Source: Alphaproteobacteria bacterium
Lineage (GTDB): Bacteria; Pseudomonadota; Alphaproteobacteria; UBA828
DNA length: 64,000 nt
Direction of reading: 5' to 3'
NCBI GenBank assembly: GCA_965220745.1
Contig: CBDCQT010000012.1
Location: 160,001 to 224,000 of the forward strand
Part shown: positions 31,776 through 41,684 of the stretch, piece by piece
How positions within the stretch are numbered: the first letter of the stretch is position 1
Layout: each line of letters starts with the position of its first letter
Notes under the pieces: generated by a model
Database searches by the model: none
The model's input: the letters and a program-made list of their open reading frames with translations, nothing else
What the model was told of the DNA's origin: nothing
Position numbers and translations under genes: made by a program

Positions 31776-32200
31776 GACACTACACCCAGATATACGAGCT
31801 CGACCGCGATGAAGAGAGCCACACCCCAAAATCGGACTTCGCCGGGGGTCAGCCAGCGTCGCCGCGTGTTCCACACCCCGATCAAAAGTATGAACGGCAC
31901 GCAGACCGCAGCGACGGCAACGTGTTCCAACACCGCCTAGTCTCGCGTCGGCGGGCCGGCGGATCTGAACCAGATCATGAAGGGCAGGCTTGCCAGCAGG
32001 GGGAACACGAAGAGCCCAACGGGCACCACCACGAAGTACGAAATCTCTTGCTCGATCATCGCTCCGCACCCGACGACGATCAGCAGGCAATAGAGAATCG
32101 CCCACAGGCAGGCGCGAAGGTTTGAGCGGTCGATCAAGACGGATATCCCGAACCCCGTGGCCAACGCATTCAATCGGCAGCCATCTGGCCGGTCAAGCAT
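31772..32200 (-). pseudogene. small membrane protein (about 4 TM) with an in-frame internal TAG
   Basis: After the TAG at 31937-31939 the frame continues AVLEHVAVAAVCVPFILLIGVWN...FWGVALFIAVELVYLGVVS to a TGA overlapping the ATPase ATG. Start uncertain. Confidence 0.55.
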
Positions 32201-32337
32201 GCGGGCGGCAGCGGCTCACGGTCGGAGATCACGGCTATCAGGCCCGCGCGTTCGTCTGCCGTGACCTGCCGTGATAGGGTTTCTGCGGTCCATCGGGCGC
32301 ACGTGCCGCCGGTCTCGGGGCAGGGAGGGGATGGCTC

Positions 32338-33687
32338 ATGGAGGGACTGGAGCGCTACCTCAAGCTCGATGAAGGGCTGATCAGCCGCAAGATCTTCTTC
32401 GACCCGGAGATCTACCAGCTAGAGCTCGAGCGCATCTTCGCGCGCTGCTGGCTGTTCCTTGGGCACGAGTCCCACATTCCCGAGCCCGGCGACTACATGA
32501 CGTCCTACATGGGCGAGGATCCCGTCCTCATCTGCCGGGGCGACGACGGGGCGATTCGCGCGTTCCTCAATTCATGCCGCCACCGGGGCATGCGGGTCTG
32601 CCGGGCGGACCGCGGCAACGCGCGCCAGTTCACCTGCAGCTTTCACGGCTGGACCTACGCCAACACGGGCAGGCTCAAGGGCGTGCCGCTGGAACGGGAT
32701 GCCTATGGCGACCGCCTCGACCGGGACCGCTGGGGCCTGCTCGAGGTGCCCAAGCTGGCGGTCTATGGCGGCATGATCTTCGGCAACTGGGACGCCGGCG
32801 CCGACAGCCTCGATGACTTTCTCGGCGATCTTCGCTGGTATCTGGATGTGATGATCGAGCGCCACGTCGGCGGGATCGAGTTCGTTCCCGGCGTTCAGCG
32901 CTACTCCCTCAACGCCAACTGGAAGATCGCGAGCGAGAACTTCACGGGCGACACCTACCATCTGCCCTACTCGCACGGGTCGATGTACAAGCTCGACATC
33001 CCGCAAATCAATCCGGCCAACCCGAGCTTCCGCGGCAAGGAGGACGAGTACTTCAACATCGGCCTCGACAACGGCCACGGCATGACGGGGATCGTCTTCG
33101 GCGGCGAGCGCTACGACGTCGACCGCAAGCTCGCCGAGTCCTACGGGCCGGAGGTGGTCGAGTACGTCGAGGAGTGCCAGCAGCGGCTCGTCAAGGCGTT
33201 TCCCAAGCACCAGGCCGGCCTCTACGCGCTCTCGTTCAGCAACATGTTCCCCAATCTCTCGTTCAACGACTTCAGCGCGCTGCGGCCGATCGGGTTCTAC
33301 CTCTGGATCCCCAAGGGGCCAGACCGTTTGGAAGCCTGGAACTGGTGCGCGGTGGATCGCGATGCGCCACGAGTGATCAAGGAGCAAGCGCGGGTCGACT
33401 TCACCCGCATCCAGGCGGTCAGCGGGATCGCCGCGCAGGACGATACAGAGAACTTCGAGCAGGTGACCGAGGCCACCCGCGGCGTGGTGGGTCAGCGGCT
33501 GGACTTCAACTATCAGATGAATGTGGGCCAGCCGTTGCTGGATGGACCCGAGGGCTGCCCCGGGCGCTTCTCGCCCTACATCTCGGAGACCAATCAACTG
33601 AACTTCTACCAGCACTGGGCGGCGCTGCTTGATGCGCCGTGGTCCGGGCGGTCTCGTGGTCGACGCCGCGCTGCAGCACCGCGTTGA
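32338..33687 (+). CDS. aromatic ring-hydroxylating dioxygenase alpha subunit
   Basis: CRHRG...CSFHGW; [20 protein letters not shown]; QDDTEN. Confidence 0.93.
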   Translation: MEGLERYLKLDEGLISRKIFFDPEIYQLELERIFARCWLFLGHESHIPEPGDYMTSYMGEDPVLICRGDDGAIRAFLNSCRHRGMRVCRADRGNARQFTCSFHGWTYANTGRLKGVPLERDAYGDRLDRDRWGLLEVPKLAVYGGMIFGNWDAGADSLDDFLGDLRWYLDVMIERHVGGIEFVPGVQRYSLNANWKIASENFTGDTYHLPYSHGSMYKLDIPQINPANPSFRGKEDEYFNIGLDNGHGMTGIVFGGERYDVDRKLAESYGPEVVEYVEECQQRLVKAFPKHQAGLYALSFSNMFPNLSFNDFSALRPIGFYLWIPKGPDRLEAWNWCAVDRDAPRVIKEQARVDFTRIQAVSGIAAQDDTENFEQVTEATRGVVGQRLDFNYQMNVGQPLLDGPEGCPGRFSPYISETNQLNFYQHWAALLDAPWSGRSRGRRRAAAPR

Positions 33688-34153
33688 GCAGTTCCTTTAC
33701 CGCGAGGTTCGCCTGCTGAGCGAGCTTCGCCTCGAGGAATGGCTCGAGCTCTTCACCGACGACGCCCGCTACTGGATGCCCGCGCGCGAGACGGTGGACG
33801 GGCAATCCGACGCCGTGGCCGCCGATGGCGAAATGGCCTTCTTCGACGACGACAAGGCCTTTCTCGCCGCCCGGATCGAGCGCCTGCGCTCCTCGCTGGC
33901 CCATGCGGAACAGCCGCCTTCTCGGATGCGCTATTTCGTCTCGAACGTGGAGATCGAGGAGGCGGACGATGACGAGCTCGACGTGCGCTGCAACCTGCTC
34001 GTCTACCAGTCGCGCCTGGAGCGCACGGAAGTGCTGTATGTCGGGCGCCGCGAGGACCGTCTTCGCCCTGACGGCGGCTCGTGGCGCATCGCGCAGCGCA
34101 AGGTTATCCTCGACCAGACGCTGATCCCTCGGACCATGTCGACGTTTTTCTGA
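33656..34153 (+). CDS. aromatic ring-hydroxylating dioxygenase beta subunit
   Basis: [45 protein letters not shown]; probable GTG start. Confidence 0.92.
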   Translation: MVDAALQHRVEQFLYREVRLLSELRLEEWLELFTDDARYWMPARETVDGQSDAVAADGEMAFFDDDKAFLAARIERLRSSLAHAEQPPSRMRYFVSNVEIEEADDDELDVRCNLLVYQSRLERTEVLYVGRREDRLRPDGGSWRIAQRKVILDQTLIPRTMSTFF

Positions 34154-34194
34154 TGTCCAGCTCATAGCGCCGCAGTGCCTTAGTGGAGTAGCTC

Positions 34195-36261
34195 ATGCCC
34201 CGCGATCCCCGTTTCGACGTTCTTTTCGAGCCCGTCCAACTCGGCCCCGTAACGGCGCGCAACCGCTTCTTCCAAGTGCCGCACTGCAGCGGCATGGGCC
34301 ACCTGCTGCCGCGCTCCGATGCTGCCATGCGAAGCATGAAGGCCGAGGGCGGATGGGCCGTGGTCTGCACCGAGCAGTGCTCGTTCCACCCCCATGCCGA
34401 GGCAGCCCCCTATCCCGAGACGAAGCTTTGGGACCAAGACGACGTCATCCGCATGCGGCATTGGACCGATACGATCCACGCCCACGGCGCGCTCGCCGGC
34501 ACCGAAATCGTCAGCAATGCCTCTGCGCTCGCCAACTACTACAGCCGCGAGATCCCGCTCGGGCCGTCGCACACGCCGGTGACCTACAGCCCCGATCCGG
34601 TGCAGGCGCGCGCCATGGACCTGGACGACATCCGCGAGTTTCGCCGCTGGCACCGCGACGGGATGTTGCGGGCCAGGGATGCGGGCTTCGATCTGGTCTA
34701 CGTCTATTGCGCCCATGACATCGCCATGCCGATGGATTTCCTCTCCCGGCGCCGCAACCGGCGGACGGACGAGTACGGCGGCCCTTTGGAGAACCGTGTG
34801 CGGCTCCTGCGCGAGCTGCTTGAAGACACCGTGGAAGCCGTGGGCGGCAGCATGGCGATCGGGCTCCGGTTCGCCACCGACGAGCTCCTGGGCAAGGACG
34901 GTATCACCTGGGAGGACGAGGGCTGCAAGGTGGTCGAGATGCTCGCCGACCTGCCCGATTTCTGGGATGTGAACGTCAGCGACTGGACCCACGATTCCGC
35001 GAGCTCGCGCTTCACCTCGGAGGGCTATCAGGAGCCTTACATCGCGTTCGTGAAGGGCATTGTGAAGAAGCCCGTCATCACCGTCGGTCGCTACACCTCG
35101 CCCGAGACCATGCTTTCGCTGATCACGCGGGGGATTGCCGACTTCGTCGGCTGCGCCCGTCCGTCGATCGCCGATCCCTTCATCCCCCGCAAGATCGAGG
35201 AAGGGCGGCTCGACGACATCCGCGAATGCATTGGCTGCAATATCTGCGTGACCGGGCAACACATGAAGACCCCCATGCGTTGCACGCAGAACCCGACCGT
35301 GGGCGAGGAGTGGCGCCGCGGCTGGCATCCGGAGAAGATCAAACCCAAGGGCTCCGACTCATCGGTGCTCGTGGTGGGCGCCGGGCCGGCGGGCCTGGAA
35401 TGCGCGCTCGCGCTGGGGCAACGCGGTTACCAGGTCGGGCTCGCCGAGGCCTCGCGCGAGCTGGGCGGGCGTGTCACCCACGAAGCCGCTTTGCCCGGCC
35501 TCTCCGAATGGGCGCGCGTGCGCGACTACCGCACCTATCAGATCGAGAAGCTGCACGAGTTAGTCGAGGTCTTCCGCGAGAGCGAGATGACGGCCGAGAC
35601 GGTGCTCGAAGCCGGCTACCGGCACGTCGCCGTCGCCACCGGTGCCCGCTGGCGCCAGGACGGCATCGGCCGCACGCATACGGCAGCATCGATTCCGGGC
35701 AGCGATGCCGCGCATGTGCTCACACCCGACGACCTCTTCGCCGGCGCCGCGCCGGCGTCCCCGGTCGTGGTGTTCGATGACGATTGCCACTACATGGGTG
35801 GCTCGATCGCGGAGAAACTGGCCAATGACGGCCTCGCAGTCATTCTCGTGACACCCTCGCCGGTGGTCTCCGCCTGGGCCGAGGAGGCCCTCGAGCAGCA
35901 CGGAATTCAGACCAACCTGGTCAAGATCGGCGTGCAGATCGTCACCAGCCAAAGCCTGACACGGATCGACGCGGGTGGCGTGCAGGTGGAGGGAGTCTAC
36001 GGCGAGGGCGCGCGGACCATCGAGTGCGCCTCCGTCGTGATGGTGACATCGAGGCTGCCGAACGATGCCCTCTACTACGCGCTCAAGGATTCGCCGGAGC
36101 GCCTCGCGGATGCCGGCATCCAATCGGTCAAGCGGATCGGCGATGCCCTCGGCCCCGGACTGATTGCCGCCGCCGTGTGGAGCGGCCACCGCTTCGCCCG
36201 CGAGCTCGACGCGCCGCCGCCCGGCGACGTTCCGTTCAAGCGCGAGCTGGTGGTTGTGTAG
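34195..36261 (+). CDS. trimethylamine/histamine dehydrogenase-family flavoprotein (paralog 1)
   Basis: NRFFQVPHC (covalent-FMN Cys), KAEGGW, ARPSIADP, 4Fe-4S motif ECIGCNIC...CTQN, GAGPAG. Confidence 0.92.
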   Translation: MPRDPRFDVLFEPVQLGPVTARNRFFQVPHCSGMGHLLPRSDAAMRSMKAEGGWAVVCTEQCSFHPHAEAAPYPETKLWDQDDVIRMRHWTDTIHAHGALAGTEIVSNASALANYYSREIPLGPSHTPVTYSPDPVQARAMDLDDIREFRRWHRDGMLRARDAGFDLVYVYCAHDIAMPMDFLSRRRNRRTDEYGGPLENRVRLLRELLEDTVEAVGGSMAIGLRFATDELLGKDGITWEDEGCKVVEMLADLPDFWDVNVSDWTHDSASSRFTSEGYQEPYIAFVKGIVKKPVITVGRYTSPETMLSLITRGIADFVGCARPSIADPFIPRKIEEGRLDDIRECIGCNICVTGQHMKTPMRCTQNPTVGEEWRRGWHPEKIKPKGSDSSVLVVGAGPAGLECALALGQRGYQVGLAEASRELGGRVTHEAALPGLSEWARVRDYRTYQIEKLHELVEVFRESEMTAETVLEAGYRHVAVATGARWRQDGIGRTHTAASIPGSDAAHVLTPDDLFAGAAPASPVVVFDDDCHYMGGSIAEKLANDGLAVILVTPSPVVSAWAEEALEQHGIQTNLVKIGVQIVTSQSLTRIDAGGVQVEGVYGEGARTIECASVVMVTSRLPNDALYYALKDSPERLADAGIQSVKRIGDALGPGLIAAAVWSGHRFARELDAPPPGDVPFKRELVVV

Positions 36262-36403
36262 TGCAGATGAGCCGTGCCGGCCGTGCCCAGCGGGCGCAGT
36301 CGTGGCAACATGAACCTGAAACTTGTGGAACCCGCATCGCGTCCAGGCCGCGCTGCGGGGTAGCGCCATGGGAACGGTCTGGATGCAAAATGGGGAGATT
36401 TCG

Positions 36404-37801
36404 ATGATGAACAGGCCGATACATCAACGCGTAAAGGCGCTGGCTCTTGCTGGTGCCCTGGTGGTGGGCGCCGCCGGGGGCTTAGCGTCGACGGAGGCGT
36501 CGGCGTGGTCGCTGGAGGAAGCCGCCAAGCCTTACGCCGGCACCGAGGTCCGGGGTATCTGCGACGGCTATTCCCCCTGCCTCGCCTACACCGAAATGGC
36601 CAAGAAGTTCGAGGAGCTGACGGGAATCAAGGTGCTCCTGGAAGTCGCCGATCTCGAAGCGGTCTGGCGCCAGGTGCTGGCCGATCAGCTGACGGGCGGG
36701 GAGTACTACGACATCTTTCCCGCCGCCAACAACCAGACCGTGGCCTTCGCCGCACCGGGCTTCACCAGCGACCTCAACCAATTCATGAACGATCCTGCGC
36801 TGCGCGATCCCGCCGTCAAGGTCGAGGACTTCGTTCAGGCCCACTTCGAGATCTCGGGCTACTACAACGACGCGCTCGTCTCCGTGCCCTACCACTACCT
36901 GCCGCCATATGCGGCGTATCGGACGAGCCTCGCCAACGACCCTACCGAGCAGGCCAATTTCGAGGCGGCCTACGGCTACGCCATGCCGCTGCCGCCCACG
37001 ACCTGGGAGGAGTTCCGCGACCTTGCCGAGTTCTTTACTCGGGAGAAGGGCGAGACGCTGGCGGGCGAGACCCTCGAATCCAACTTCTACGGCACGATCG
37101 CGGCGTTCAAGCGTCACCTCACGGTCTACTACGACTATGAGCGCATCCTGCTTGCGATGGGCGGCGAGTATGTGGATGCGGACCTGAACGTTGCCATCGA
37201 CAGGGACGACACCGCCGTCAGGGCGCTGCAACTCATGCTCGACCTGCGCCAGTTCGCGCCGCCCGGCCATACCGAGGCGACGTGGGACACCGAGTATTCC
37301 GAGATGTGCAGCGGCAACGTGTTCATGATCTTCACCTGGGGAGACACGACGCCCTATCTCGAGATTCCCGGCGACTGCCCCGCGTCGGCGGGCGACATGA
37401 CCTATTTCGTCCACCCGGGGAATCACGTGACGGCGGCCTACGGGCAGTCGTGGATGATCCCCAAGAGCGCACAGAACAAGGAAGCGGCCTGGCTCTTCGT
37501 TCAATGGCTGCTGACGAAGGAAATCCAGAACGAATGTCTGCCGCTCGGTTGCCTCGCCGTCCGCAGCGACGTTCTTGCCGACCCGCGTTGGGAAGACGAG
37601 GCCTGGGAGAACCGCCAGCGCGAGGCTATCCACATCTGGCTGGACGAGAACGGCCTGCTCTACGAGCTGCCCAACACGCCGAACTGGTTCGTGTGGCAGG
37701 ACATCATCATTGAGGAGCTGAGCGCAGCCGGTGCCGACCAGAAAGACGCGGCATCGACCATCGCCGACATCGCCTCACGCATGCGCGAGGCGGTCGAATA
37801 A
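36404..37801 (+). CDS. extracellular solute-binding protein (family 1, carbohydrate-ABC type)
   Basis: Signal peptide; WSLEEAAKPY, FEELTGIKV, PPTTWEEFRDLAEFF, KEAAWLFVQW. Confidence 0.88.
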   Translation: MMNRPIHQRVKALALAGALVVGAAGGLASTEASAWSLEEAAKPYAGTEVRGICDGYSPCLAYTEMAKKFEELTGIKVLLEVADLEAVWRQVLADQLTGGEYYDIFPAANNQTVAFAAPGFTSDLNQFMNDPALRDPAVKVEDFVQAHFEISGYYNDALVSVPYHYLPPYAAYRTSLANDPTEQANFEAAYGYAMPLPPTTWEEFRDLAEFFTREKGETLAGETLESNFYGTIAAFKRHLTVYYDYERILLAMGGEYVDADLNVAIDRDDTAVRALQLMLDLRQFAPPGHTEATWDTEYSEMCSGNVFMIFTWGDTTPYLEIPGDCPASAGDMTYFVHPGNHVTAAYGQSWMIPKSAQNKEAAWLFVQWLLTKEIQNECLPLGCLAVRSDVLADPRWEDEAWENRQREAIHIWLDENGLLYELPNTPNWFVWQDIIIEELSAAGADQKDAASTIADIASRMREAVE

Positions 37802-37810
37802 CAAGCCTGC

Positions 37811-37851
37811 GAGAGCGATGGCCCCGCCACGGGTGCGGGGCCATCGTTCTC
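37811..37851. terminator. stem-loop between convergent genes (probable bidirectional terminator)
   Basis: GAGAGCGATGGCCCCGC-N7-GCGGGGCCATCGTTCTC. Confidence 0.7.
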
Positions 37852-37882
37852 AGTTTACCGTGGTCCCGGTGAGAATTGCGGG

Positions 37883-38785
37883 TCAGTGCCGGCTCGACTC
37901 GCCAAGTACCGCCGTCTTGAAGAGCGTGCTGTCGTCAACATACTCGCCGCCCTCTGACACTGCCGGCATGACGTCGCGGTAGCGATCCTCCAGCACGATG
38001 TGAGGATCGTGCCCCTCGACCCATCCCAGGAATATGTCGTGCAGGTGGTAGCCAATCAGGTGCTGCACGTCTTCGCGCAGGTCTTTTGCCACGGCCGGAG
38101 GGACGGCGAGGTACTGGTTCTCCTCCTGACGCAACCATCCCAGGCTGTAGCCGGTAATCGCGCCGGTGCGCCACTCGTCCTCGGTATTGTTCCGGCCACC
38201 GCCGTGATAGACCGAGCCCAGATAGATCAGGCACGAGCCGCGCGGCATGGCGGCATAGGCTCTCGGGGTGTCGTCGTCGGGATAGGTGTCGTCGTCCCAG
38301 ACATGGCTTCCCAGAACCACGTTGGTGGCGCCGTTCTCGTATGTGAAGTCGGTGAGCGCCCACATCGTGTTGCACAGGCATTGCGGCCCAGGATGGCGGA
38401 AGGGCATCAGTGCGTCGTCGCGGTGGATGATCTGCAGTCCCTGACCGGGGCCGATCCGCACCGCCTGGGTGACGTGAAGCTGGTAGCGTTCGCAGCGCGG
38501 CAGCAGAAGGCGGTCCATCACGCCAAGGATCTGCGGGCACGTGGCAAGCTCTTCGCCGTAGCTCTTGGACTTCGCGACCAGGGAGCTGACCCGCTTCGTC
38601 TTGTTCCCCCAGAACTCGCCCTCACCGTAGTAGGCGCGTGACAGGAAGGGCTCGAGCTCGGTATTGACTCTGTCGATCGCCTCGTCATCGACGACCTGGC
38701 GGTAGATGACGGCACCATCCTCTTCGAGGATCGCCATCGCCTCGTCGGCCGACGCATGCCGGTCGATGGAACGCACTGTGTCCAT
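37883..38785 (-). CDS. phytanoyl-CoA dioxygenase (PhyH)-family Fe(II)/2OG oxygenase
   Basis: QIIHRDD, WALTDFTYENGAT, YHGGGRN, GWLRQEENQYL. Confidence 0.9.
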   Translation of the reverse strand: MDTVRSIDRHASADEAMAILEEDGAVIYRQVVDDEAIDRVNTELEPFLSRAYYGEGEFWGNKTKRVSSLVAKSKSYGEELATCPQILGVMDRLLLPRCERYQLHVTQAVRIGPGQGLQIIHRDDALMPFRHPGPQCLCNTMWALTDFTYENGATNVVLGSHVWDDDTYPDDDTPRAYAAMPRGSCLIYLGSVYHGGGRNNTEDEWRTGAITGYSLGWLRQEENQYLAVPPAVAKDLREDVQHLIGYHLHDIFLGWVEGHDPHIVLEDRYRDVMPAVSEGGEYVDDSTLFKTAVLGESSRH

Positions 38786-38829
38786 GGTTGCCTCTCTCTG
38801 CTCGGTTGGACGATTCTAGCCCGGAACAT

Positions 38830-38965
38830 TTGCCACGGTCACGGCCTGCTGGACCGGCGCTCGAGGGCGCGCGGCGGCTTCAGGCAGTTGGGCTACGGCA
38901 AGGACGAGGCGCACCACGCGCCGGAGAAGTTCAGCGAATACAAGAAAACACCTGGATCAAGCCAT
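38830..38965 (+). pseudogene. aldehyde dehydrogenase C-terminal remnant
   Basis: GGFRQLGYGKDEAHHAPEKFSEYK, then TWIK in a shifted frame; matches the ALDH tail pattern GGxKQSGxGxD...K...K-T-WI. Confidence 0.5.
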
Positions 38966-38998
38966 CGGGCGGACCGCGCCAGCAAATTCCCCTCTCGA

Positions 38999-41077
38999 TC
39001 AAGCGACCGCGCTTTCGAGACGAACGTACTCCACCTTGTAGGGCACGTCGGCGATGGCGCCTGCATCGAGCTCACGGGCGAACCGGTGACCCTCGTAGAC
39101 CGCGTGCTGGATCGTGCCGGCCGCCACGCAGTCGCCGACGCGGGCGAGCGTGGTAATCCCGGCCTTCTCCAGCTTGTCCGGTTCCGCCGCAAGCTCCCGG
39201 TAGAGCGTGTCGTTCGGCAGGCGCGAGGTGGCGAGAACGAGAGACTGATAGCCGAGATGCTGTCGCTTCTCCTCGTGATAGACGTTGTAGATCTCGATGC
39301 TGTTGTCGCCGATGTGGGCGATGTTTTGATCGGTGATCAGCTCGATCCCCATGGAGAGGACCTGGCTCATGATCTTCTCCATCTCCAGGGTGTACTCCGA
39401 CCAGCGCGAGAGCTCCATCAGTGGGGTGACGATGGTCACCTCGTGACCTGCGGCCCGGAGCTTCTCGGCAATGACGCCGCCCATGTAGTAGTGATCGTCG
39501 TCGAACACGACGATGGGACCCTCCAGCGCCTTCCCGTCCATCACGTCATCGGGGGTGAAGACCTTCTTGCCGTCGCTCCCCGGGATCGCATGCGTGTTGG
39601 TGTAGGCGGCGCCGTCGCCGCGCCAGTGCGAGCCGGTCGCGATGACCACGGTCTCGGCGCCGTAGTCGAGCACGTCCTGCATCGATAGGCGCGAGCCCGT
39701 GTGCACCTCGACATTCTTCATCTTCGCGATCTGGCCGACGCGGTAATCGCGCACGCGGCCCCATGCGGCGAGGCCCGGCAGCGCGCTCTCGCGCGACACG
39801 CGTCCGCCCATGTCGGCCTCCGCCTCGACGAGGTGAACCGTGTAGCCCCGCTCTCCGAGCGCGCGTGCACATTCCAACCCGGCCGGGCCGGCGCCGACGA
39901 TGAGTACGCCGTTGTCGGACCCCTTCGCCTCGATCGTCTCCGGGTGCCAGCCACGCCGCCACTCCTCGCCTGCGGTCGGGTTCTGCGTGCAGCGGAACAG
40001 GCTCCCCGTGTTCTCCGAGGCCACGCACATGTTGCAGCCGATACACTCGCGGATGTCGTCGTTCCGTCCCTCTTCGATCTTCTTCGGCAGGAAGGGATCG
40101 GCGATCGAGGGGCGCGCCGCGCCGATGAAGTCCGTGATCCCGCGACCGATCTGGGAGATCATCGTATCCGGCGAGGTGTAGCGCCCGACCGTCACGACCG
40201 GCTTGTCCGTCTTCTGCTTGACGAAGGCGACGTAGGGCTCCTGGAAGGCCTCGTCGGTGAACCGCGACGTGGCGGAATCGTAGGCCCAGTCGCTGATGTT
40301 CACGTCCCAGAGATCGGGCAGGTCGGAGAACATCTCGACCACGGCCTGGCCTTCCTCCTGCCAGGTGATGCCGTGCTCGCCCCGGTTCTCGTCGACCGCG
40401 AATCTCAATGCGACCGCCGCCCGGTCGCCGACGGCCTCCTTGGTGTCCTCCAGAAGCTCGCCGATCAGGCGGGCGCGGTTCTCGACGCTGCCGCCGTACT
40501 CGTCGGTGCGGTGATTGGTGTGGGGCGAGAGAAAGTGCTGCGGCAGAGCGATATCGTGGCCCGCATAGATGTAGACGATGTCGTAGCCCACGTTGACCGC
40601 GCGTTTCGCGGCTTCGACTTGCCAGCGCCGGAACTCGCGAATGTCGGCCTTGTCCATCTCGCGGCCCATGATGGGATCCCAGTTGTAGTGCACCATGTTG
40701 GGCGAGGGACCCAACGGGAACTCCTTCGTCTTGCGGTTGGAGAAGCCGAGCCCGTTATGGACCAGCTCCACGGCGGCGAGCGCACCGTACTCGTGCATGG
40801 TGTCCACCCAGCCGCGAAGCTGCTCCGCGTACTCGTCGTTCCAGAGCCGGCGTTCGCCGTAAGGGGCGGCGCAGGAGCTTGGATGGATGCTGCATTGCTC
40901 CGTGCAAATGACGGCCCAGCCGCCTTCGGCCTTCATGCGCCGATGCGCGACATCGCCGTGGTGCTCGCCGTACCCCATCGCATTGCAGTGGGGCACTTGA
41001 TAGAAGCGGTTCTTGGCGATCTTCGGGCCGATCTTGATCGGCGTGAACAGGATGTCGTAACGGGGATCGCGGGCCAT
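38999..41077 (-). CDS. trimethylamine/histamine dehydrogenase-family flavoprotein (paralog 2)
   Basis: MARDPRYDILF, NRFYQVPHC, KAEGGW, ECIGCNMC...CTQN, GWHPE. Confidence 0.92.
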   Translation of the reverse strand: MARDPRYDILFTPIKIGPKIAKNRFYQVPHCNAMGYGEHHGDVAHRRMKAEGGWAVICTEQCSIHPSSCAAPYGERRLWNDEYAEQLRGWVDTMHEYGALAAVELVHNGLGFSNRKTKEFPLGPSPNMVHYNWDPIMGREMDKADIREFRRWQVEAAKRAVNVGYDIVYIYAGHDIALPQHFLSPHTNHRTDEYGGSVENRARLIGELLEDTKEAVGDRAAVALRFAVDENRGEHGITWQEEGQAVVEMFSDLPDLWDVNISDWAYDSATSRFTDEAFQEPYVAFVKQKTDKPVVTVGRYTSPDTMISQIGRGITDFIGAARPSIADPFLPKKIEEGRNDDIRECIGCNMCVASENTGSLFRCTQNPTAGEEWRRGWHPETIEAKGSDNGVLIVGAGPAGLECARALGERGYTVHLVEAEADMGGRVSRESALPGLAAWGRVRDYRVGQIAKMKNVEVHTGSRLSMQDVLDYGAETVVIATGSHWRGDGAAYTNTHAIPGSDGKKVFTPDDVMDGKALEGPIVVFDDDHYYMGGVIAEKLRAAGHEVTIVTPLMELSRWSEYTLEMEKIMSQVLSMGIELITDQNIAHIGDNSIEIYNVYHEEKRQHLGYQSLVLATSRLPNDTLYRELAAEPDKLEKAGITTLARVGDCVAAGTIQHAVYEGHRFARELDAGAIADVPYKVEYVRLESAVA

Positions 41078-41211
41078 TGTTGCCTCCCTGCACCGTATTT
41101 GGGCAGCGCCTCGGCGGCGCGCCCTCATGCATGCACCGAACGACCAGCCAACAGCGAGCGCGCCACGCGCGTGAGCGCACGGCGCAGCGCCGCCGGGATG
41201 TGAGAGCCCGC

Positions 41212-41592
41212 CTAGGCGGCGAGCTGCTCGGACTCGGGATCGTGAATGAAGAAAACCTTGCGGACGGTCTCCTCGATCACCCAGGTCACCTTCTCGCCTT
41301 TGTTCGTGTAGAAGATGTCACCGGCGGTATAGGTGTGGGTGGTGCCGTCCTGTTCGGTCACGTGGATTTTGCCCTTGAGCAGGGTGCAGATCTCGTCGCC
41401 CGGATAGGTGTATTCGAAACTGCCCGGCGTGCACTGCCAGACACCTGCCATCGTGCGCATGCCGAAGCCGCCCAGATCGAAACGCCCCTCGTGCACCGGG
41501 TTCCCGTCGAGAACGTTCACGAACGGCAGCTCCTCCAGCGGCGGCCACGGCTCGAGCCCGCCCTCGTCCTTCAGCGTCACATAGTCGAGCAT
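41212..41592 (-). CDS. cupin domain protein (DUF861/EutQ-like)
   Basis: AGVWQCTPG...DEICTLLKG...AGD...TWVIEETVRKVF; AGGGAGAGG RBS. Confidence 0.85.
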   Translation of the reverse strand: MLDYVTLKDEGGLEPWPPLEELPFVNVLDGNPVHEGRFDLGGFGMRTMAGVWQCTPGSFEYTYPGDEICTLLKGKIHVTEQDGTTHTYTAGDIFYTNKGEKVTWVIEETVRKVFFIHDPESEQLAA

Positions 41593-41684
41593 CCTCGTTC
41601 TCCTCTCCCTTATCGGCCAGTGAGTTGAGCCATTGTTGACATCGCAGAAGCCTGTCGGCGCGATACTAGGACATTCTTCACCGA

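Noticed and set aside
31937-31939. Pyrrolysine or other programmed amber recoding
   Set aside because: No pyl genes or tRNA are in the window and the protein is not a methyltransferase. A nonsense mutation is simpler.
33629-33687. Overlap of the dioxygenase alpha tail with the beta start as a special feature
   Set aside because: Short overlaps are common in these operons, and the beta start codon is uncertain.
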